Below, one piece after another: positions 17,206 through 27,714 of a stretch of 64,000 nucleotides of DNA. The stretch comes from Trueperaceae bacterium (GTDB taxonomy: Bacteria > Deinococcota > Deinococci > Deinococcales > Trueperaceae): assembly GCA_965213705.1 (NCBI GenBank), contig OZ243913.1, positions 2,080,001 to 2,144,000 on the forward strand. Direction: 5' to 3'. Position numbers and translations under genes: made by a program. Each line of letters opens with the position of its first letter. Position 1 is the first letter of the stretch. Below the pieces are notes generated by a model. It worked only from the letters and a program-made list of their open reading frames with translations, was not told the DNA's origin and did not search any database.

Positions 17206-18435
17206 TCAGCGCAGGTAGGGCTCTAAGCTTATCACCTCGACGGTTTCGCCGGGTTCGTACGAAGTTTGCGGCGGTACCACCGCGAGCGCGTCGGCCGCGA
17301 GCATCGAGGTCAGCACACCCGAACTCTGGTTGCCCGTTGACACGGCGCTGAGCCCGGAGGGGGCCGCGACGAGCCTGACCCGGCTGAACGTCTCCTTGGC
17401 GCTCGCACCCTTCAAGCGCACGCCCGCCGTCACCGTCAAGCGCCGGTGATAGGGGAGTATTTGCGCGCTGAGCGTCGCCCGGCTTAGAAACGCTTTAGCT
17501 AAGATGAGAAACGCGACCATGCTCGAGACCGGGTTGCCCGGCAGGCCCAGTACCGGCAGCTCGCGCCAGCGCCCGAACAGCACCGGCCCGGCGGGGCGCT
17601 GCGCGACCTTCCAAAAATACACCTCTCCGTGGTCGAACAGCAGGTCGCGGACAAAGTCGTAACGGCCCATTGACACGCCGCCGGAGGTGAGCAGGAGGTC
17701 CAGGTCGCCCGCCGCGGCAACCGCCGCGGCGAGTTTCGCGGGGTCGTCGGCGACGTGCTCGAGCACGACCGGCTCGGCTCCCGCCGCGAGGACGAGCCCC
17801 GCAACCGAAAAGGTGTTCGAGTTGTAAACCTGACCCGCCGCGAGCGGCGTGCCGGGCGTGACGACCTCGTCGCCCGTGGCGAGGACGCCGACCCGCGGCC
17901 TGCGCGCGACCTCCAAACTCGCGTAGCCCATCGACGCCGCCACACCGACCGAGGCGGCGTCCAGCGTCAGCCCGCGGGTCAAGTGAACCTCGCCCGTGCG
18001 GAAGTCCTGGCCCAGGGGCCGGATGTCGCCGGGGCTGGCCGGGGTGAAGAGCAGCACCTGGTCGCCCTCTCGAGCAGTGTCTTCGACGCGGATGATGGCG
18101 TCGGCCCCACTGGGCACCGGCGCGCCCGTGTAGATGCTCACCGCCCGGCCCTCGGTAACCTCGCCCTTAAAAAAACTCCCCGCGGGCACGTGGCCGACGA
18201 CGTTCAGCCGCACTGGACTGTCCCGCGTCGCCGCCAGCGTGTCCGCCGCGCGGCAGGCGTAACCGTCCAGCGCCGAATTGTCGACGCTCGGGTGGTCGAC
18301 GCGACTCGCCAAACTTTGCGCCAGCACGCGGCCGTAAGCCTGGAGAAGCGGCACCGTCTCGGTGGGCAGGGTCGGTGCTCGGTCCTGGAGAATCCGGATG
18401 GCCTCGAGCACGCTGATTTGGGTGGGGTAGGTCAT
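17206..18435 (-). CDS. moeA: Molybdopterin molybdotransferase MoeA
   Basis: SALDGYA, TGAPVP, ATGDE, TSGGVSMG, GLPGNPVS. Confidence 0.95.
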   Translation of the reverse strand: MTYPTQISVLEAIRILQDRAPTLPTETVPLLQAYGRVLAQSLASRVDHPSVDNSALDGYACRAADTLAATRDSPVRLNVVGHVPAGSFFKGEVTEGRAVSIYTGAPVPSGADAIIRVEDTAREGDQVLLFTPASPGDIRPLGQDFRTGEVHLTRGLTLDAASVGVAASMGYASLEVARRPRVGVLATGDEVVTPGTPLAAGQVYNSNTFSVAGLVLAAGAEPVVLEHVADDPAKLAAAVAAAGDLDLLLTSGGVSMGRYDFVRDLLFDHGEVYFWKVAQRPAGPVLFGRWRELPVLGLPGNPVSSMVAFLILAKAFLSRATLSAQILPYHRRLTVTAGVRLKGASAKETFSRVRLVAAPSGLSAVSTGNQSSGVLTSMLAADALAVVPPQTSYEPGETVEVISLEPYLR

Positions 18436-18602
18436 AGCGGTATGCTACCGGCTTTGGGCGGCACTGCACCAGCGGCGCCGAGTCACGTGCGGGCGCGCGA
18501 GCGTCTGGCCTGTAGTTTGTTCTCCCCTTTGAGGGCGGAGGGGTCTAGCAGAGGAGCCCAAGAAGGCGAAGTCAAAGCGGTTCATCTCAGTAGTTTTGGA
18601 AG

Positions 18603-19742
18603 CTACTCTGCCTGAGCGAAAAACCTTTTCAAGATGCCGTTGAGTTGCAGCAATCCGCGCTCGGTGGCGCGCAGGTGTGGCCCGACGACCTCGAGCAAGT
18701 CCCGCCCCGCCAAGTCGTTTATAAGCGCCCGATACTTCTCGAGAACGTCGATTCCCGTCCGTTCGGCGAGCGCGGCAACGTCGACCCCGACCCGCGTCCG
18801 CAAACCCGTCATGAACACGTCGAGGACGAAATCCTCGGGCATTACGAGCAGGCTTTCGGGCGGCGCACCCTCGAGCCAGCTCTTTATCGGCCCGTTCGTC
18901 CGCCGCACCCCAATTACCCTTTCTCCTTTCTCCCCCCTTTCCCCTGACTTTCCTCCCCCCGGCACAAACCCCGCCGCCGACGGCCCCAAGTTCAAAAAAT
19001 GCTCGCCCCGCCAGTACACCTGGTTGTGTTTGGATTCGTGCCCCGGTTTGGCGTGGCTCGAGACCTCGTAACGCTCCAAACCGTAGCCCCTCAAAATAGC
19101 CCGCGCCAGCGCGTAGTCGTCGGCCTCTTTGTCCTCATTCACCGTCACGCCGCGCAGCGCGAAGGGCGTGTAGGGTTCAATCGTGAGGCTGTAAACGCTG
19201 ACGTGGGGCACGCCGGTACTCGCCAGCGCGCGCAAGTCTTTGGCCGCGTCCTGGTTTAACACGCCCGTGATGAGGTCGGCGGAAACCTCGAAACCCCCCT
19301 CGAGCGCCATTTCCACCGCCCGCAAACCCTGTGCGCCGTCGTGCAAACGGCCCAGAAATTTCAACATCTCGTCCTGCGTCGACTGCAGCCCGATGGACAA
19401 GCGGTTGAAACCGAGCGCTTTGAACGTCTCGAGCCTCGTCTCGTTAAAGGTCAAGGGGTCGGCCTCGAGGGTGGTTTCCACAGCGGCAGGCCAGCCCCAG
19501 GTCTTCTCGAAAATGCTCACCACCCGCGCCAATTCCGCGTCGGACAAATGTGAGGGGGTGCCGCCGCCGAAGTAAACGGTGTCCAAACGGGTTGGAAATT
19601 CTTTGTGAAGTTCAAGCGCTTCTTGCTCGAGCCTGTCCAAATAAGCAGCGACCAAACCCTCATGTCGGTGCATTTTGTGAAAGTCGCAGTAGGGGCAAAC
19701 TTTGGGGCAAAAGGGAACGTGGAGGTACATCGCGTGCGGCAC
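18603..19742 (-). CDS. hemW: Radical SAM heme chaperone HemW
   Basis: YLHVPFCPKVCPYCDF, GGGTPS, YEVSS, HNQVYW; TATCCT 7 nt before GTG at 19742. Confidence 0.9.
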   Translation of the reverse strand: MPHAMYLHVPFCPKVCPYCDFHKMHRHEGLVAAYLDRLEQEALELHKEFPTRLDTVYFGGGTPSHLSDAELARVVSIFEKTWGWPAAVETTLEADPLTFNETRLETFKALGFNRLSIGLQSTQDEMLKFLGRLHDGAQGLRAVEMALEGGFEVSADLITGVLNQDAAKDLRALASTGVPHVSVYSLTIEPYTPFALRGVTVNEDKEADDYALARAILRGYGLERYEVSSHAKPGHESKHNQVYWRGEHFLNLGPSAAGFVPGGGKSGERGEKGERVIGVRRTNGPIKSWLEGAPPESLLVMPEDFVLDVFMTGLRTRVGVDVAALAERTGIDVLEKYRALINDLAGRDLLEVVGPHLRATERGLLQLNGILKRFFAQAE

Positions 19743-19956
19743 GCTCCCAAGGATAAGCGAAGGGTCTCTGAGAGAGGGTCGTGGTTGCAGCAGAAAATAG
19801 GCCAACCGCAAGGTTATCAAGCCATTCACCGTTCGTCTTTGCGAACGAATGTGAAGCAATCTCCACGTTTGCAGTGCGTTGGCAACCGGCGTATGTGAGT
19901 TTGGCTTAGTGCCTACGCTCTCTCGCAGCGACAATTTTTGACGCGACCTGACTTTG

Positions 19957-20007
19957 TAGTCACCTACAGTAGTCACCTACAGCAAAAATAGTTACCTGCA
20001 GCAAAAA
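19957..20007. repeat. Intergenic 13-bp tandem repeat, three units
   Basis: TAGTCACCTACAG x2, CAAAAA, TAGTTACCTGCAG, CAAAAA. Confidence 0.7.
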
Positions 20008-20028
20008 GGGCGGGTTTCGAACCCGCCC
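20003..20028 (-). terminator. Intrinsic terminator of the CUT1 ABC operon
   Basis: GGGCGGGTT-TCG-AACCCGCCC followed by a T5 run on the minus strand. Confidence 0.8.
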
Positions 20029-20050
20029 CTACGCGTATTAAGGTGTGCCG

Positions 20051-21394
20051 TTAATTCATTTCGGCGAGTTGGTCTTCCAAGATGATGTTGGCTTCTTCGT
20101 TGGCCGCGGCCAAGGTTTCGGCCACGTCGGCACCGTCGATGATGGAGGCCATGTCCTCACGGATGCGGTCGCGGACGAAGTCGTAACCGGGGACGGGCGG
20201 CTCGGCCTTGGAGTATTCCAAAAGGTCGAAAGCGGTCTCGTAAGCCGGGTCGGCGGCGAAGTAGTCGCCTAAATTTTCAGCTACGCTCTCACGCACCGGA
20301 AAGTAGTTGCTGGCGCGCGCCCAGTCGGCCTGGACTTCGGGGCTGGTGTAGTACTTGAGGAATATCCAAGCTGCTAAGTCCTCTTCCGGCGTGTGGCCCG
20401 AAGGAATGCTGACCGACGCGCCGTAAACGTTCACGACCGGGTTCTCGGTGGTGTGCGGCAGGGCGCTAACGCTCCAGTCGAACGCGCCGCCCTCTTCAAC
20501 CGCGCTGCGGTAAAAGGGCAAGCCCGAGGACGAGCCGATGGCGAACAGTGTGCGGCCCGCGCCGAAGTCGGTCTGGTCGCCGTACTGCTCGGTCACGATG
20601 CTGGCGCAACCCTCTGCGACGAGGTCTTGCAAAAAGGTCATGGCCTCGACCGCCGCCGGGCTGTCCAGGGTGTACTGGTTGGCCTCGTAGTTGAACATGT
20701 CGCCGCCGAAGGCAAACGTCCAGCTCGCGAAGCGGCTCGCGTCGATGGAGATTTCGTAGCCGATGGAGGTGTCGTCGGCCGCACCGCTGAAACCGTTTTG
20801 GCTGGCGGCGCAGGCGGCCTCTCTAAACTGCTCGGGCGTACCGGGCGGGCCGTCGAAGCTTACCAAACCGGCGTCTTGGAGTTCTTGGAGCCAAGACTCG
20901 TTGTAGTACATCACCTCGGCCGAACGGTTGGGCGGAAAGCCCAAGCGCTGGTTGCCGAAGCTCGGGAACACGTCGGCGTTGTAAAAGCCGGGAAAAAAGT
21001 CGGCCTTGGCCTCGTCGTCCAAACCCCACTTCGCGCTGTTGACGAGCGGGTCCATGTCGACGACGCCGTCTTGCACCTCGTAGGTGGCGGCCTGGTTTTG
21101 GTAGGCCACGACCAAGTTGGGCGCGTCCGAAGTGCCGAGCAGTGGCAGCATCTTTTGGAAGATGTCGCCGTAACCGCCCTGAAACTCGGCGTTGACGGTG
21201 ATGCCGTACTCGTTGTTCGCGTTGAAGTCCGCGACGATGTTGTCGAGTTCGGCCTCGCGCTCCTGGGTGTGCTGGTGCCAGAACGAAATGGTCTGGCCCG
21301 TCGGGTCTACGTTTTCGAAGTCCGTGGCGTCTTGCGCGTACACCGTGCCCACGGTGAGCAGCGCCAACAGCAGGGCGAATAAACCTTTTCTCAT
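20051..21394 (-). CDS. Carbohydrate ABC transporter substrate-binding protein (CUT1, UgpB-like)
   Basis: Signal peptide MRKGLFALLL, ISFWH, FPPNRSAEVMYYN, AWIFLKY. Confidence 0.9.
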   Translation of the reverse strand: MRKGLFALLLALLTVGTVYAQDATDFENVDPTGQTISFWHQHTQEREAELDNIVADFNANNEYGITVNAEFQGGYGDIFQKMLPLLGTSDAPNLVVAYQNQAATYEVQDGVVDMDPLVNSAKWGLDDEAKADFFPGFYNADVFPSFGNQRLGFPPNRSAEVMYYNESWLQELQDAGLVSFDGPPGTPEQFREAACAASQNGFSGAADDTSIGYEISIDASRFASWTFAFGGDMFNYEANQYTLDSPAAVEAMTFLQDLVAEGCASIVTEQYGDQTDFGAGRTLFAIGSSSGLPFYRSAVEEGGAFDWSVSALPHTTENPVVNVYGASVSIPSGHTPEEDLAAWIFLKYYTSPEVQADWARASNYFPVRESVAENLGDYFAADPAYETAFDLLEYSKAEPPVPGYDFVRDRIREDMASIIDGADVAETLAAANEEANIILEDQLAEMN

Positions 21395-21546
21395 AAAAAC
21401 TCCCTTCAAGAGTTGCATCCTTTGAAAGACGCCGCGCTGACCAGTTTGGCGCGGTGCCACAAAAACGGCGCTGAGCCGTCGATGCTGAGGATAGCTCGAG
21501 GACGGTCCACCGTCTTGACAGGGCGTGAACGTGTTCGTCAACGTCC

Positions 21547-22434
21547 TCACCCTTTTAGCCCCGACGTGGCGATGCCCTCGGTAAAAAACTTCTGCGTAAA
21601 AAAGTAGACAATCAAAATGGGGATGATGGTGATGACCGCGCCCGCCATGACGAGGTGCGTCTGCGGCCCGGCCTCGTTCACGAACGTGTAGAGCCCGACG
21701 CCCAGGGGCCGCCACTGCGGCGTGGTAGTGACGAGCAGCGGCCAGATAAATTCGTTCCAGGACGCGACGAAAGCGAGCAGCGTGACCGTCATCAGGACCG
21801 GGCGGCTCATGGGGATGACGACTTTGGTCAAAAAGGTGACGTGGCCCGCGCCGTCTATTTGCGCGGCGTCCCAGAGTTCGCGGGGTATTCCGGCAAAAAA
21901 CTGGCGCAACAAAAAGATGCTAAAGGCGCTCGCCATAAACGGCACCGTCAGCGCGGGCAACGTGTTGAGCCACGACCCCCAGGGGATGATGGTGCCCCTA
22001 ATCAGCAGCAGGTTCGGGATAAACGTCACCGTCGTCGGAATCATCAGGGTTGCCAGCAGTCCCAAAAAAATCGCCTCACGCCCCGGAAACTCGATGCGTG
22101 CAAACGCGTAGCCCGCCAGCACCGAGGTAAACAGCATCCCCACAATCGTGACGGCCGTGATAATCACGCTGTTGCGAAAATACAGGCTGAAGTCGGCCTC
22201 GTTCCAGGCGGTCGCGTAGTTCTGCCACTGCGGACTCTCGGGCACGAGTTGCTTTAAAATCGTCTCGCCCAGGGTCATGAGCGAGGTCGCTATCATGTAC
22301 AAAAACGGCGTCAGGCACACGATGGCCCCGACGAGCAGGACGAGGTAAACGGGCAGGTGCCCGAGTTTGAACTCGTACGCTTCACGTATAGGTTTGGGGG
22401 TCTCGAGCCCGTCCCCCGCTACCGCCCTAGCCAC
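21547..22434 (-). CDS. Carbohydrate ABC transporter permease (MalG/UgpE-like)
   Basis: AGYAFAR, EAA loop DAAQIDGA, SWNEFIWP. Confidence 0.93.
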   Translation of the reverse strand: MARAVAGDGLETPKPIREAYEFKLGHLPVYLVLLVGAIVCLTPFLYMIATSLMTLGETILKQLVPESPQWQNYATAWNEADFSLYFRNSVIITAVTIVGMLFTSVLAGYAFARIEFPGREAIFLGLLATLMIPTTVTFIPNLLLIRGTIIPWGSWLNTLPALTVPFMASAFSIFLLRQFFAGIPRELWDAAQIDGAGHVTFLTKVVIPMSRPVLMTVTLLAFVASWNEFIWPLLVTTTPQWRPLGVGLYTFVNEAGPQTHLVMAGAVITIIPILIVYFFTQKFFTEGIATSGLKG

Positions 22435-23644
22435 CTCTGGCCTCCTTGCCGAAAAAGCGGTTTTGCATCAAGGTAAGCAGCAGAATCACCGCGAACAGCA
22501 CGATGGACTGCGCCGCGGCCAAGGTAAAGTCGTTGCGTTTGTAAAAGGTGTCGAAGATAACCAGGCTCGCCGTGTCCACGCTGTCGCGGACGAAGCCGTT
22601 CGTCGCCTCACGCATCACGAACAGGTGGGTGAACGCCTGAAACGTGCCGATAAACCCGAGCACGGTGAGGTAAAAGGTCACGGGCGACAGCAACGGCACG
22701 GTGATGTTCCAAAACTTTTGCACGTGGTTCGCGCCGTCGATTTCCGCCGCTTCGTAAAGGTTGACGGGGATGTTGCCGAGTCCGGCCAAAAAGATGACTA
22801 CGTTGTAGCCTGTGTAGGTCCAGATGCCGAACAAGATAATGGTAAAGAGCGCCATGCTCGGTCCCAGCCACAAGCCTTCCCACTGCCACGACGCGCCGAG
22901 GTTCGTCAGCCACTCGTTGAAGCGGGCGATTTGAGCGCCGAACATCACTTCCAACAGCGGTCTGCGCTCGAACAGCCAGCGCTGCGGTGCAAGACCGAAC
23001 AGCGCTGCGACCTGGTTTGCCAGGCGCTCCTCGCGCGGGCTGAAAATGGCCTGAAACACGACCGCCCCCGCCACCGCCGGGGTGACGTAGGGCAAAAAGT
23101 AGAGCATCCTGAACAGTTCTTGCCCCTTGATTTTTTGAAACAGCAAGTAAGCGATGACAAGAGCCAGGGCAATCTGCACCGGAATCGACGCGAAACCGTA
23201 GAAGACGGTGCGCACCAGGCCCTCCAAAAAATCTTTGTTTTTGCTGGCCGCCATCATCAAATTCCAACCCAGCGCTACCGACACGCCCGCGCCGAGCAAC
23301 AGGGCGGCGCCCAAGGCGCGCCACCCGGCTTGCTTGCCGGAGCGCAGAAACGCGTCCGTCCACAGCCAGTGCGCCGCCAGCACGAGGAGCAAACCGCCGA
23401 AAAAAGCGAGCGCGCCCCACCAGTCGCCCAAAATGCGGCTGTAGTTTTCCAACCCCACAAACCGGCCCGCCTCGACGCGGCGGCGGAACAGGCTCATGTA
23501 GAGCGCGTAGCCGATAGGGAACAGCCCGAACACGGCGATGATAAGGCAAGCAGGTAAGACAAACAAATAGCCGGTCAACCCCTCGCTCGTTTTGCGTGAG
23601 AGGCGGCGCGGCGTTTCGAGTGTTTGAACAGACGTGACAGCCAT
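22427..23644 (-). CDS. Carbohydrate ABC transporter permease (MalF/UgpA-like)
   Basis: FVGLENY, LYEAAEIDGA, ITVPLLSP. Confidence 0.93.
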   Translation of the reverse strand: MAVTSVQTLETPRRLSRKTSEGLTGYLFVLPACLIIAVFGLFPIGYALYMSLFRRRVEAGRFVGLENYSRILGDWWGALAFFGGLLLVLAAHWLWTDAFLRSGKQAGWRALGAALLLGAGVSVALGWNLMMAASKNKDFLEGLVRTVFYGFASIPVQIALALVIAYLLFQKIKGQELFRMLYFLPYVTPAVAGAVVFQAIFSPREERLANQVAALFGLAPQRWLFERRPLLEVMFGAQIARFNEWLTNLGASWQWEGLWLGPSMALFTIILFGIWTYTGYNVVIFLAGLGNIPVNLYEAAEIDGANHVQKFWNITVPLLSPVTFYLTVLGFIGTFQAFTHLFVMREATNGFVRDSVDTASLVIFDTFYKRNDFTLAAAQSIVLFAVILLLTLMQNRFFGKEARGG

Positions 23645-23845
23645 AGAGTTCAGGTGCGTTTCGTCGGCGGGTTCGTCATGCTGGCCCCATTTCGGAAAGT
23701 GTAAGCGGCGACTGTCAGCGGTGTGTCACCTTTCGGTGAGACACTTCACACCAGTGTACCTCGAGTCCCTTTTTATACTAGACTCGAGAGAGGAGGGCGG
23801 GGTCAGTTGACCGACAAACCATGACTGATTTGTGTAACACTCAAA

Positions 23846-24922
23846 ATGATGGCTGAATTAGTAAGCATCATCATCGACAACTACAACTACGCGCAGTTTT
23901 TGCGCGAGGCGGTTGACAGCGCCCTTTGTCAGAGCTACCCGAACACAGAAGTCATCGTTGTGGACGACGGTTCGACCGACGACTCCCGCAACATCATCGC
24001 TTCTTACGGTGACCGCGTCGTGCCCGTCGTCAAGGCCAACGGCGGCCAGGGTTCGGCTTTCAACGCGGGCTTCGCGGTCAGCCGCGGCCACATCATATTT
24101 TTCTTGGACGCCGACGACTTTTTGCACCCGCACGCGGTTTCCCAGGTCGTTCAGGCGTACAAAGCGAATTTTGTCAAGGTGCAGTTTAAGTTGCGCGTGT
24201 GTGACAGGTATTCAAAACCTCTGCCGTACACAGACCCTCGAAACGACAAGGAAATGGCCCAAGGCGACGTGAGCGCCGAGCTTTTGTCGCGCGGCACCTA
24301 CACGACCCCGCCCACGAGCGGCAACGCTTTCTCGCGCTGGTATTTGGAAAAGATTTTACCCATGCCGGAAGAACCTTACCGGCAGGGTGCCGACGGCGGT
24401 TACTTAAACCTGCTGGCGCCTCTTTACGGGGAAATATGTTCGGTCGACCAAGAACTCGGCATGTACCGCCATCACGGCGGTAACTTTTACGCACAGACCT
24501 CACCCGGGTTCGACGAAAAGTGGTTTCTGGTGCGGGTGGAACGCGACGTGCGCAAAGAAGCCCTGTTGCGCCAAAAAGCGGCCGAGCTGGGCTTTGTCGT
24601 GGACAGAAACCCGCTGGAACGCAACTTCTTGGCGCAGACGCGGCGGCTGGTTACTTTTCGGCTCAACCGTGAAGACCATCCGGCCCAGGACGACACCCGC
24701 GCCGAGCTGTTCAGCAAAAGTTTGACCGCCGCCTGGCGCTACAGCGACGACCGGCTTGGCGAAAAAATACTGGTCAGCCTGTGGTTGGTGGGGGCGACGT
24801 GGTTGCCTTTGTCAGCTGCTCGAGAGGTCATCGCGTGGCGCTTTGACGCCGACACGCGGCCGAAGTTCGTCGGTAACCTGGTCAAAAGGGTGAGAAAACT
24901 GTTACCTAGGTCGTACGGCTAG
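23846..24922 (+). CDS. Glycosyltransferase family 2
   Basis: VSIIIDNYNY, VVDDGSTD, FLDADD. Confidence 0.93.
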   Translation: MMAELVSIIIDNYNYAQFLREAVDSALCQSYPNTEVIVVDDGSTDDSRNIIASYGDRVVPVVKANGGQGSAFNAGFAVSRGHIIFFLDADDFLHPHAVSQVVQAYKANFVKVQFKLRVCDRYSKPLPYTDPRNDKEMAQGDVSAELLSRGTYTTPPTSGNAFSRWYLEKILPMPEEPYRQGADGGYLNLLAPLYGEICSVDQELGMYRHHGGNFYAQTSPGFDEKWFLVRVERDVRKEALLRQKAAELGFVVDRNPLERNFLAQTRRLVTFRLNREDHPAQDDTRAELFSKSLTAAWRYSDDRLGEKILVSLWLVGATWLPLSAAREVIAWRFDADTRPKFVGNLVKRVRKLLPRSYG

Positions 24923-25036
24923 GTTCTGGGAACACGCTTTGTGGTGGTTAAAGAGTAAAAGGGTCGGCGGGCGGAGGTCGCTTCGGTTCGTGCCTCGGCT
25001 TGTGGGTACAGGTTGACGGGTATAGTCTGTACAGCC

Positions 25037-26113
25037 GTGCCCAGACCCCATCAAAAAACAAACCGTCGTCCGGCACGCGGGCAACCTGAGCGCTTTGTCG
25101 CCGAACTCGAGCTTCTTGGCGGTTTACTTCCCTTTGCCCTAAAAGAAGTACAAACCCTGCACAACCTCACGGTCGCGTACCAAAAAGAGGAGGCTTTGGG
25201 CGTCGTCACCCGTGACCTCAGCGTTCTTTTAAAGTTGCGCCGCGTGGTCGCCGCTTACCTAGTCACGCACTTCGACGTGCCGCGTCCCAGGGCCCTGTTG
25301 GGTGACGAGCATTTTCGGCGACTGCTCGGTGCCTTGGACACGGTACGCAGTTTGCGGCCGGCGGGCGCTTTTGAGAGTTTTCGCTTCGGCGCGGCGGGCA
25401 GCGACTCGCCCACATACCGGCGCTTGGCTGCCCGTCTTGCCACCGAGACCGGTCTGGCTTACGACCCGGACGAGGGCGACTTGTTGCTGCGTGTTCGGCC
25501 CGGCAAGACGGGTTGGGAAGTTTTGACCCGGCTCACGCCGCGCCCCTTGAGCGCTCGAGACTGGCGAGTGTGCAACTTGACCGGCGGCCTCAACGCCACG
25601 GTCGCCGTCGCCATGAACGACCTGGCTCAAGCAGTTTCGCCCGACGCTGTGACGAGCGACCGCTACCTAAACGCTATGTGCGGCTCGGGGACGCTGCTCG
25701 TCGAGCGAGCTTTGGTCGGGGGCGTGCGCTTCGTCGGTTGCGACCTGAGCGCCGGGGCGCTCGGTTGCGCCGCGCAAAACCTGCAAGCGGCGGGGGTGAC
25801 GAAGGTTGAACTCGTGCAAGCGGACGCCACCAGGCTGCCCTTTGCCGACCGCAGCTTCGACACCCTGAGCGCCGACCTACCCTGGGGTGACGCGGTCGGG
25901 ACACACGCCGAGAACGCCGCGCTGTACCCCGCTTTTTTGACCGAGATGGCGCGGGTCGCCGCCGAACACGCCCGCCTTGTCGTGCTGACCCACGAAATCA
26001 AACTTTTTGAGCGCGTGTTGGCGGGGCAAAGCGGCTGGCGGCGCGAGCGCGAACTGCGCGTGTCCCACGGCGGCCACCACCCGCGAATGTACTTGCTGAG
26101 GCCGAAAAAGTAG
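25037..26113 (+). CDS. Class I SAM-dependent methyltransferase (UPF0020/TRM11-like, probably acting on RNA)
   Basis: NAMCGSGT, GCD, ADA, DLPWG; TAGTCT 8 nt before GTG at 25037. Confidence 0.8.
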   Translation: MPRPHQKTNRRPARGQPERFVAELELLGGLLPFALKEVQTLHNLTVAYQKEEALGVVTRDLSVLLKLRRVVAAYLVTHFDVPRPRALLGDEHFRRLLGALDTVRSLRPAGAFESFRFGAAGSDSPTYRRLAARLATETGLAYDPDEGDLLLRVRPGKTGWEVLTRLTPRPLSARDWRVCNLTGGLNATVAVAMNDLAQAVSPDAVTSDRYLNAMCGSGTLLVERALVGGVRFVGCDLSAGALGCAAQNLQAAGVTKVELVQADATRLPFADRSFDTLSADLPWGDAVGTHAENAALYPAFLTEMARVAAEHARLVVLTHEIKLFERVLAGQSGWRRERELRVSHGGHHPRMYLLRPKK

Positions 26114-26194
26114 CCTCCGGGTCAGTCATCTTGATAGCAGGTGCGGCCGACTTTCTTCCAGGTTCACTCGAACGGGGTGAGGCAAAAACGGGAA

Positions 26195-27586
26195 TTAGCG
26201 GTCGCGCCGGCTCAGCTCGAGCATGTCCGCCACCCTCACGACCTTGACCCGCGGGCGGCCCTGCGCCTCGCCGAGACCCAACTCGTGAGCGTCCAAGGTT
26301 TGCCAGTGGCCGAAGGTGATAGGGGTGACGCCTTTGCCGGCCAACAACTCGTCGACGGCCGCCGGCATCTTGTAAGGGTCGGTGGCGAGGACGGCGTCGC
26401 CTTGATACTCGAGCAGCGTCGCCACGGTCTCGAGCGCGTCGGCCTTGTTGGTGCCGATGACGCCCGACGGGCCGCGCTTGATCCAACCGGCAACGTACTC
26501 GCCCGCCACGGGCGCGCCGCCGGGAGCGTCCAAAACCTGGCCTTTGATGTTGGGAATCGTGCCGCGGCGCTCGTCGAAGGGCACGCCCGGCAGCTTTACT
26601 CCGCGGTAGCCGACCGAGCGCAGCACCATCTCGACCGGTAGCGTCTCGAACTCGCCCGTGCCGACGGCGTTGAGGTACCCCGAGGCGGTAGCTTCCAAGC
26701 GGTTGCGCTCGAGCCGAATCCCTTCGACTTTGGTGTCGCCCAAGATTTCGATGGGGGAGACGAGAAAGCGCAGGTGCACGCGCCGGGGTTTGCCCTGCAG
26801 GGGTTTTTGCGCGAAGTCGCGCAACACTTCCAAGTTCTTTTTCAGGGCCGGGTCGCCCTCAACGGAGGCCAAACTGGCCGCGTCGGGCTCGACTTCTTCA
26901 GGGTCGACGACGATGTCGGCGTTGGCAAGGTCGCCGAGTTCGCGCAGCTCTTTGGTCGTGAACTTGGCCTGCGCGGGGCCGCGTCGCCCGAGCATGTAGA
27001 TGTCGGTGACGGGGCTCGTCTGCAGGACCTCGAGCGCGTGGTCGGCGATGTCGGTCGCGCGCAGTTCCTCGGCAGACTTTGCCAAAATGCGCGTCACGTC
27101 CACCGCCACGTTGCCCATCCCGACTACGGCCACCCTTTCGGCGTGGACCCCGTCGAGGGCGTGTTCGAAGTCGGGGTGGCCGTTGTACCAGGCGACGAAC
27201 TCGGTCGCGGACAGGCTGCCCGGCAGGTCTTCGCCGGGGATGTCGAGCGAGCGGTCGCTGGACGCGCCCACGGTGTACACGACGGCGTCGTAGTAAGTCT
27301 TGACATCTTCGTGAGTAAGGTCGCGGCCGAATTCGACGTTGCCCAAAAAGCGCACGCGCTCGTCCTGCAGGGTGCGCTCGTACATCTTGGTCACCGACTT
27401 GATTTTTTGGTGGTCGGGCGCGACCCCGTAGCGCACCAGGCCGAAGGGGGCCGGCAGGCGGTCGACGAGGTCGACGGAGACGTCCTCGAGACTTTTTAGC
27501 AGCGCCTCGGCCACGTAAAACCCCGAAGGCCCGGAGCCGATGACGGCGACGCGAAAAGGGCGAAAGCTCATGGTTTGTTTTACCAC
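26195..27586 (-). CDS. Ferredoxin/adrenodoxin-NADP+ reductase (FprA-like)
   Basis: GSGPSG, GLVRYGVAPDH, GMGNVAVD, GWIKRGPSGVIGTN. Confidence 0.92.
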   Translation of the reverse strand: MVKQTMSFRPFRVAVIGSGPSGFYVAEALLKSLEDVSVDLVDRLPAPFGLVRYGVAPDHQKIKSVTKMYERTLQDERVRFLGNVEFGRDLTHEDVKTYYDAVVYTVGASSDRSLDIPGEDLPGSLSATEFVAWYNGHPDFEHALDGVHAERVAVVGMGNVAVDVTRILAKSAEELRATDIADHALEVLQTSPVTDIYMLGRRGPAQAKFTTKELRELGDLANADIVVDPEEVEPDAASLASVEGDPALKKNLEVLRDFAQKPLQGKPRRVHLRFLVSPIEILGDTKVEGIRLERNRLEATASGYLNAVGTGEFETLPVEMVLRSVGYRGVKLPGVPFDERRGTIPNIKGQVLDAPGGAPVAGEYVAGWIKRGPSGVIGTNKADALETVATLLEYQGDAVLATDPYKMPAAVDELLAGKGVTPITFGHWQTLDAHELGLGEAQGRPRVKVVRVADMLELSRRDR

Positions 27587-27714
27587 GCTCCGGCTTTTGT
27601 CGTTGGGTCTGCTAGCCCTCTCTTATCAAGTCCAAAGATTTGCGGTGTGAGTCGTCTCTTCGGTTGCTCAGTTGGCTCATTTGCAAGAAGTTTGATGGAA
27701 ACCTGCTGATAAGG

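Noticed and set aside
19760..19950. sRNA upstream of hemW
   Set aside because: Only one imperfect hairpin (about 19826-19856); insufficient support.
20051..21715. 554-aa version of the CUT1 binding protein
   Set aside because: Signal peptide and RBS place the start at 21394.
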